DNA from: a virus
Reading direction: 5' to 3' (one strand)
IMG/VR virus record: IMGVR_UViG_3300045051_000978
Location: 62,922-126,921 of that record
DNA: 64,000 nucleotides
Positions 57,018 to 64,000 of this stretch are shown here, piece by piece (within the stretch, counting starts at the first letter, position 1; each line of letters opens with the position of its first letter). Position numbers and translations under genes: made by a program. Under the pieces are notes generated by a model. It was given only the letters and a program-made list of their open reading frames with translations, was not told the origin of the DNA and searched no databases.

Positions 57018-59025
57018 GTCGTTTCCTTTGCGCGCTTGGCGGCTTCCTCGCGTGCGAACACCTCCACCAGGGTCAGGCCCTTCGGCCTCTGCTCCGGTGC
57101 GAGCGCCGCAGTCGCTTCTGCCAAGAACGCATCGGCGTTGGCTTCTGCCCACTGATCAGGCGTCAGGTGCGCAGGCGATTCGCCGACGTGTTCCGCGTGG
57201 TTCTTCCAGCCCAGCGCGTACGCACGCGCCAAGGCACGCGCTACCTTTTGTATACAGTTTTGCGTCACTCGCGTCCAGCTTCTTTTCGGTCCGTGGCGAT
57301 GCAGCGATCCACCCAGGGCTGCGCCGCCTGGACGACATCCTCGACCTTGTCCACGTAGACCCAGTGCGTGCGGTAGTGGCCCCAGCCGGACCGGTAGATG
57401 TCGTCATCCGGCTTGTCGTACTGACGAACAGGCAGCGCCACCTGGACGAGGAAGCCGAACTTGCCGGCGCGATGTGCTGCTGTGAGCAATTCCTCCGCGT
57501 CGATGTTCTCCTCACGCACCATCTTCTTGCCGGCGCAGGATGAGCACTCGGTGCCCTTGTCGCTCTCTCCGGTGCCATCGCACGCTTCGCACTCCACCAG
57601 CTCGCGAGGATCGGCGATCTCCAGGAGCTTGATCAGCTCGTCCGGATCATCGTCCACCAGCTCCTTGAAATCGTCCGACGGGCGGGCGGCGATACCGGCA
57701 AGCCAGATGATTTTGTGTACGGCTAGATCGGCGTCGAACAGGTCGGACGCCAAGCGTCGATGATGGCTCATTGATCGTCTCCGACGCTGATGATGTGCGT
57801 GCGCTTGCCGCTGTAGTCGTACGGCCCGTCAGCCACCTCGTGGCAGGTTGCCTTGCAGCCGTTTTCCTGGGCCAAGGTGCGCGCCCAGCCCTCGGCGTCA
57901 GCCCGGTTGTTGCGGTTGACGTGTACGTGTTCCTTGCCGTCCCATTTGCTCGTGTATCTGATTTCGTAGGACATAGGTCATGCGGTGCGATGGTAACGTT
58001 GAGGTTCAGAGAACTGTGCGCCCTTGGCCAGCTCCGCGGCACGGTGATCCTCGGCTTTCTTTTTGTCTACGAAAACCCACAGGTATCGCCAGGTCATCGA
58101 GTGCCCGTTGGTCTGATCGAAGATCGCCCAGACATTCTCCGCACCCTTCACGTGCCCGCGGCGCATCGTCATCTTGACGGCACGCTTCTTATCGCGCTGC
58201 CGCATGTACCCGGCGCGCTTGTACGTGTGCTCGAACCAGGTAGCGTGCGCCCCTTCCTCAAAGGAGGGTTCGTCGTCTTCAACAGCCAACAGGATCAGGC
58301 TGCGAGTGGGGAGGTACTGAGTTCCAGGCATGGCAGGTCGATGCGGTGAATGATCTGGTTGGGAAGACGGAACAGGGCGATGCCGATGCCCTCCTGATGT
58401 TCGTAGCGCAGCAGCCAATCGCCTGGGCGCATGTCGTAAACGATTTCCTCGAAGCGTGCATCCAGGTGGCGCGACGCCTCATCACGCCGGAGCAGCTCGG
58501 CGACATCGCGCACGAACGCCGCAGCAGACACGTTCTGCGCGACGGCCACAACCTGGACCGGTTTGAGGCCGGGTGTGTTGAATCGCTCCGGGAGATTGAA
58601 TCGCGTGGACCAAGGCAGATTACCGAACGGGAACAGGAACTTCTTCATTTGAGGCGCAGTTGATCGCGAATCGTGTCGAGTGAACCCATGTAGCCTGCGC
58701 GCTCGAAAGCGTACTGCCGCTGCAACACCTCACCAGCGTTGCTCGGCGGAGCGCACTTCAGGACCTTCACGCACGCTGCATGTGCTTGGTCCAAAAGAAC
58801 GCGACGGCTGAGCGTGCGCACCAAGAACAGCGCGCTGATGGTCGTAAACGAGCCGTGGACCACAGCTCCGCGCATGTCGTCGTCCACAATTCTGTTTACG
58901 AACAGCACGAGCATCGCGCCCAGAGCGGCAAAACCGACCATCAGCGCCAGGTAGTTCCACTTCGACTGTACGCTGATCTGCTCGAAAACCTGAACGACTT
59001 TATGCCGATCTGCTTCTTCGTCCAT
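56987..59025 (-). other. Small hypothetical ORFs (56987-57268, 57265-57771 with CxxCxGxG zinc finger, 57768-57974, 58295-58648, 58645-59025 membrane)
   Basis: Coupled ORFs. Confidence 0.5.
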
Positions 59026-59094
59026 CTACGCGAGGGGGTTGAGGTGTGAACTGACGAGCGCCCGCTCGTCACCGGGACCGTTTACACTTCTCGC

Positions 59095-62000
59095 TTGCCA
59101 AAATCAAGCCGTCAACCGAAAAAGTATCCCGCCATACGGCCTCTTCCCACAACCATTCCTCCCATGCCTGAAAGCGAAAACCCCCGAGAAAAGTTCCGCG
59201 CACGCCTTGCGAAGCTCACTCAAAAGCCCGCCCAAAATCCCGGTACCAAGCGCGCTCCCAAGTCCAGCTTCGTCAGCGAAAAGCTGGAAGCAGACTTTGA
59301 ACGGTTGAAGGGCTTGGCGAAAGTCCTCAAGCCTTGCGACTGCACGCACGATTCTGAAGTCCCGCGATGCAGCCATATCGAACGCAGGATCAAAGCCAGG
59401 GCGGAGCGAAGTCACCTGCTGGAAAAGGACCAGGTTTACCTGTGCTTCGTCTGCGCAGATGAGCTAAAGGCGGGCTACACTGATTTGTCGAACTGGACGA
59501 ACGGCATCTGCGATGGGTGCGGACACCTGCAAGCTCGCGAATGCGCCATCCCAGTTCCTGAGGACTAGCCTCCCATGCTCCTCGTCTTCGCCGCTACCCT
59601 GGGCTACCGGCTGCTCCTCTTCCTGGTTTGCGTAGGGGCGCTCTGCACCTACTTCTACGGAGTGCCCCCTCCTGGACCGGACATCTTCCTGGTGGCGTTC
59701 TCCATTGCGCTGGGTCCATGGCTGCGCGCTGGATACGTCCGTTGGCAGGCTGAGCGCGCTTTCCTGCTCCGCAAATCCTGAACACGCTTATGCTCGCCGT
59801 ACCCTGGGTGGCTGAACATCACGCCCAACCTGCTTCAGGCACTCCCGTTCCTGGAATGGTCTCTGATCTGCCCAGGGTACGCGCTTTAGTGGAGGAGCTG
59901 CATGCCTGCTCCTGCACTCCGGGCTGCTTCACCTACGGCTGCAAGCACACCGTTCGGCGTTTGAGGGCTCGGCTCTGGGCTCCCACGTATGGGGCGGTGC
60001 TGTGCCGCATCTGTGCTGAGGAGCTGGGGGTGCCGCTCAAGAGTGCTGAGGTTGCTCGGCGCTGCTCCAGCTGTGCTTCCTGGCACGCACATGAGGTCTT
60101 GAGCTGGCCTGCATGATGAGCGTCGAGCCTGAAGCACGTGCGCTGGCGGCTTCCTTGGTGCGCGATCTGCGTGCTGCCTTGCGCCCCAGGGTGATCGTGC
60201 TGCGCATTGGCATCCTGGCCTGGCTGGTTGCCCTGGGCTTCCTGGTGCTCGATCTCGCCTTGGCGCACTGGTGGACGGCTCTTCTGGTGCGCGTACCCCT
60301 CTTCGCGATGGTTTCGTTCATGGTCTGGGAGGTGCGTTTGACCGTCCAGCTGTACCGCCGGCTCATCTGGCTTTACCAGCGCGTGCAGGCTCAGGACGAG
60401 CGCAGTCGGGAGTACGTGGTTCTCGCCAACAAGATTGTGCAGGCTGTGAACAAAAATGGTTGGACAACCGCGGCGAGAAAAACGTATACAGAATGACCAT
60501 GACCGACTCCTCCGACGAATTCATCACTGAAATGCCTGACGGCAAACCGAACGCCAAGCTGGCCAGCGCGCATGAACGCGTGAGGGCCATCCTGGATGAA
60601 GCGGGACTGTACTACGACTGCACTTTCACGGACGGCAAGAACGGCGTTGTTTTTACCAAGCTGCCCGTCGATACCGACACGCCCACACCGGAGGAGGCTC
60701 TGAAGCGCATAGCGCCTGACGATCTGTCGAAGGTTGCCAGTGTTATGGCCTTCCTGATCGACGCTGATCTCACGCACGCCGGCCGCAACCTGATGCTGTG
60801 CAGTGCCATCTTCGACCTGATCTACGCGGGCAAGGCTCCGAAGCTGTCCGCCGAGAGCTTCGGACAAAACATTTTCATGGCGCTCGGACACTTTGCATCG
60901 AGCTTCGACGAGTTGCTGGCCATGGCCAAGAAGGCTTACGAGAACATGGAAAGCGTGCACGAGGAGCTGCAAGCAGTCATGAACGAGGTCGTGAACGCAC
61001 ACAAGACGCCGGAAGAAGCGGTTGCAGACGTGCAGAAACTCATGCGCAAACGGGGCTTCAAGCTCGGCAGCGCACGCGCAACGCCTCCCTCGGAGGAGAA
61101 GGAAGGTGCAGCGTGAGCATCAGCATCGTTTCGCCCAAGGACCTCAAGCTCACCCCTGAGCAGGAGGAGACTTCCAAGCGCTGGCTCAAGCTCTGTGACG
61201 AGATCACCGAGTTCGCCAAGGCTCGTGGCGTGGTCCTGATGGGCTACATGGCCGTCAACAGCCTCACCGGCCAGATCGCGCAGCAGACGGCCGAGTGGAG
61301 TGGCTGCCTGAGCCAGGAGCCCAACTGGGATGCTGTGGTGGCCGCGGTGCCGCCGGAGAAGATGGAGACCTTCGTCATGCTCCAGCTCGCCGGCCTCCAG
61401 CAGGCTGCCCTGCTCCTCAGCAAGCAGCTGATGATGCTCAACGCAGCTGCCCAGGCTGCCAGCGACGAACTCGCCTCCGACGCGCTGCCCAAGACGGTGC
61501 AGATCATGTACGAAGTGCACCAGGGCATGCAGCATGGTGCCCGCATCTTCCAGGAACGCTACAAGCACCTCTTCGACAAGCTCGATGAACCGAAACCTTC
61601 CCCAGGGCCTCCCGACGGGGGCGATTGAAGTCAGCACCTGCACGGTCCCCGGCTACTACTGGTGGCTGCCCTCCTGCGCTGTCAACGAGGCGCAGGAGGA
61701 GAAGCAATGGACCATCGTCAGCTTCCATCCGGACAACCCGCAGCGCCAGAAGTCCGGCTGGTTCCTTGGCCCGCTCCTGTGCCCGGTGGCGAACAAGCCT
61801 GCGGTGGCGTCGCGTCTGCCCAAGGGCCTCGAAGCGGCCGAGGGCCTGCGTGTGGACTTCAAGGACTTCGCTCGCCACGCCAAGCCCGACGAATTGCTGG
61901 TGCTCGCGGAAGTCCTCTCACGCGCCTGCATCGCCGAGCAGTGGTTCGAGATGGCGGCGGTCTTCCGTGAGTACATCAGGTCGTGCAAGAGGAAGACCTG

Positions 62001-64000
62001 ATCGATCACGACGCCCTCGTCGATGACAGTCTGCCCAGTCGAGGTTTCTACACCTTCACTCGGGCACGAGTTTCGTATACGTTCCTGGAGGACAGCCTCG
62101 AAGTCGCCTGCCACCACTTCTTCGAGTACCTCCAGGAACACCACCATGCCCTGCGCGTGGCGGAGGAACCTGTTCACTACGTCCTGAAACACTATGAGTG
62201 GTCCTACCGCCCGCCGGACGACCCGGATGCCCCACGTCCCTTTCGATACCTCCGGCACTACTACGCGCATCGACGCGTTTAAGCTCCACCCTGGCGACGT
62301 GCTGATCGGCACCACGGCGGAGGAGTGCGCCGGTCCCGGCTGGACCAACAAGCCCCTCTGGGTCCACATCCGCACCGTGGACGGCAAGCTGCGCACCGAG
62401 TGCCTCCAGCCTGAGGATCAGCCTCGAATTATCGCCATGCTCCACCACCTCAAAGCCTGGCTCGACCAGCGCTTCCTGGGCATCCTGGATCGCGCTCTTG
62501 TGCGCGCCCGAAAGAAGCCATGAACCTCGAAAGTACGCCAGAAGAGCTACGCACCGCTGCGAAGGTACTGCGCAGGCAGCTCCATGCCATCGTCTACGTT
62601 TACACGGAGATGGGCCTCATCTCACGCATGCTCTCCTGGTACAAGTATCACCGCATGCGACACGCCCTTCTCTTCCTGATCGCCGGCCTTGAAATCGAGG
62701 CGGATAGGATCGAAAAAGTGTAGACAATTTGATCACCCTACTCTACTACTCTTCTCATGATCCTCGCCCTCGCCACCAACATGAGCCTTGCCGTCGCTGT
62801 GATCGCGACGCTCTTCTCCGTCGCCCTTCTCAGCCAGCCCTACGTGCGCGCCTTTGGTGGTCGCATGTCCGTCTGGAAACTTGGCCTTCTCCACCTCCTG
62901 CTCGGTGCCGCCGTCTATGTCATCGCCCGATCCCTCTGAACGACTGCGGCTCGCGCATCTCCTGATCCGCCAGCGCCGGCAACGCGAGGAAGCACGTTTC
63001 AAGGAAGCCCTGCGCGACAAACGCTGGAGCGCTCTCCCCGGCCAGGATGGGATCACCCTTGGCCTCCTGATCGCCGAACGTACCATCGAAGAACTCCTGC
63101 CCCCATGCTCCAAATCCTCTGCAAAACGACGGCCGACCTCACCCAGCCGGAAACCCGCGAAGCCTGGGCGCGGCTGATCGGCACGACGATTGCCGGCAAG
63201 GACCCGCAGTTCACAGTTCTCACCGATGACGGGCTGAAGTACGTGTTCCACCCGGACTCCTGGTGGCGGCTCGTGTTCATCGATGGCGACACCTTTGCCA
63301 TCCAGCACGACCACAACTACGAGAAGCTGAAGGCACTCGCCATCTGGCTGCACCTCCAGTGGAACGTCACCCTCGTTGAAAACACTTTGAACGGCGTCTA
63401 CAGGCACGCCTTGGAAACCAGGTACAGGAGCGTATTTGGCGACACCTATGTCCTCCGATTCACCGACACCTCCGGCCATAACCGGCCCGTCTGGGTCCGG
63501 GAGTGATAACCGTTATCAGGTGCTCTGCCGGGTCTGCGCCGATCTTCACCCGGCGACCAAAGCTGCGTACGCTCTCAGCAATGTTGCAACGGCCCCCGAA
63601 GACCCTGTGCCCTGTGCCATCTGCGGCTGGGCCTACCAACCTCCCACCCCTGATCGAGGCACGCTGATCGAATGCAAAATCCCGTCCTAGGCTTCGTGCC
63701 GTACGGCTCCATGGGCCTGCCGCTCGTCACGGCCGAGCGCATCATCCTGGTCTGCAAGAGACCTGAGCGCGCCGAGAATCTGACTGTAAACGGCGTGCGC
63801 GCCACCAAAGCATTCTTGTGGCACCTGACCGACGTGCTGGCCTTCTCGGATGCTGGCTACGCGGTCGTTCTCGAAGACGAGGACGGCCTTACTGCCAACG
63901 TCAAAGCTGTTTACGAGCGCGTCAAAGACTTCTCCCTGTCCAAGGTCTGCCTGGAGCAGGTCACGATACGCAACACGACCACGCAGAAATCCACCCTTTG
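59095..64000 (+). other. Plus-strand operon of small hypothetical and membrane ORFs (e.g. 59575-59781, 60113-60496, 60493-61116, 61113-61628, 62520-62723, 63105-63506), running off the window
   Basis: Overlapping coupled ORFs with no recognisable domains. Confidence 0.5.

Noticed and set aside
57249-57278. Additional GTATAC-class promoters (also 60483, 24826, 52430)
   Set aside because: The core is present but there is no TTGAC at 16-17 nt spacing.
1-64000. Genome-wide TAG reassignment (genetic code 15)
   Set aside because: Long genes are intact under code 11, and many end in TAG with the next gene in another frame. The in-frame TAGs at 14127 and 14564 look local.
1-64000. Prophage or mobile-element hallmarks (integrase, transposase, reverse transcriptase/DGR, cas genes)
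   Set aside because: None were recognised in the ORF translations. Lifestyle cannot be decided from this window.

Overview
A gene-dense, GC-rich (about 60-63% by eye) segment of a large tailed dsDNA phage. It opens inside a T4-type large terminase and continues through virion/baseplate-like genes. It also carries a FliA-like sigma factor, a PurA-like/vWA/J-domain-kinase module, ThyX, HldE, a UvrD-like helicase, a Pth2-like hydrolase, Nudix, SLOG, FkbM and glycosyltransferase genes, and dozens of small hypothetical early-type ORFs. A VPDSG/PEP-CTERM-type protein, FN3 proteins and a basic 'LSEAGRAKIVAAAKKRWA' motif point to a Verrucomicrobia-like host (inference). Five observations stand out. 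(1) About 17 otherwise mostly unrelated proteins share an 'A/P-x-x-I/V-V-x-x-L-L-E' plus acidic 'D-L/F-x-D-E-I/V-E-x-I/L' tag that resembles a capsid-targeting/prohead-protease propeptide. (2) Two consecutive genes, a Pth2 homologue and its neighbour, are each interrupted near the start by an in-frame TAG in the same CCSACG-TAG-GT context, suggesting programmed amber readthrough. (3) A quasi-palindromic TANNTAG element sits 2-9 nt before late-type start codons and is sometimes used in both directions. (4) Sigma70-like promoters share a GTATAC core, and some are flanked by inverted repeats. (5) Two candidate structured ncRNAs are present. All functional calls come from motif recognition only; no searches were run.
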